Shown here piece after piece: positions 36,569-36,861 of a stretch of DNA of 36,861 nt. Position 1 is the stretch's first letter. Every line of letters starts with the position of its first letter. The stretch spans positions 1 through 36,861 of the forward strand of contig DFRR01000013.1 of assembly GCA_002378745.1 (NCBI GenBank), written 5' to 3'. The position numbers were made by a program, and so were the translations under genes. Below the pieces are notes generated by a model, which was not told where the DNA came from, made no database searches, and saw only the letters and a list, made by a program, of their open reading frames with translations. The stretch comes from Patescibacteria group bacterium UBA3458. Its GTDB lineage: Bacteria; Patescibacteriota; Minisyncoccia; Phycocordibacterales; UBA2100.

Positions 36569-36861
36569 CTATCGTGCGTATTTTGAGACATTGAGTACCA
36601 CTCCCATACTCGCAAGCATAACCATCATAGCGGTGCCTCCATGGCTAATAAACGGCAGTGGCAGACCGGTTAGCGGTATCACACCAAGCATTGAGGCAAT
36701 GTTTATCAACGCTTGTAGGATTATCAGCAAGGCAATACCAATGACGAGCAATCCACCGAAGTAGTCAGGCGCACGCACTGCAACCCAGAAACAACGAACA
36801 GCTAATGCGATAAATAGCCCGATAATAAGTACCGCGCCGAGGAAACCAAATTCTTCGGCGG
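36569..36861 (-). CDS. ftsW: SEDS family protein FtsW/RodA, 3' part only
   Basis: AEEFGFLG...QALINIA...PLTGLPLPFISHGG; upstream of murG. Confidence 0.88.
   Translation of the reverse strand, partial: AEEFGFLGAVLIIGLFIALAVRCFWVAVRAPDYFGGLLVIGIALLIILQALINIASMLGVIPLTGLPLPFISHGGTAMMVMLASMGVVLNVSKYAR

Noticed and set aside
1-36861. Alternative genetic code (TGA read-through)
   Set aside because: Conserved genes translate full length in code 11 and TGA serves as the stop of rmuC.

Overview
A bacterial chromosomal window of mostly housekeeping genes: rbfA, a short infB, a cysteine desulfurase, clpB, rpmG, miaA, ahpC, a P-type ATPase, rmuC, rplU, recR, dnaB, cysS, corA, an S41 protease, rplI, rpmA, gltX, murG, a partial ftsW, and five tRNAs that do not encode CCA. 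Compact genes, largely SD-less starts, a VirB2-like pilin and a standard genetic code suggest a Patescibacteria/CPR (Parcubacteria-like) genome; this is an inference. Two things are not explained by standard annotation. (1) Four of the five tRNAs are followed by a hairpin and then a ~135-155 bp structured element, in two sequence subfamilies that appear to share one fold. Each element starts with an antisense copy of a tRNA T-arm/3' end and finishes with a direct copy of a tRNA 3' end, with compensatory changes between copies. (2) A ~5 kb island (27.7-32.75 kb) is built from self-contained promoter-to-terminator mini-units: six tiny single-TM proteins with SD-type RBSs (four absent from the ORF track), about eight apparently ORF-less structured RNA-like units (several exposing anti-SD loops), and a candidate HEPN RNase. 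All folds, promoters and family calls were read by eye, with no database searches.
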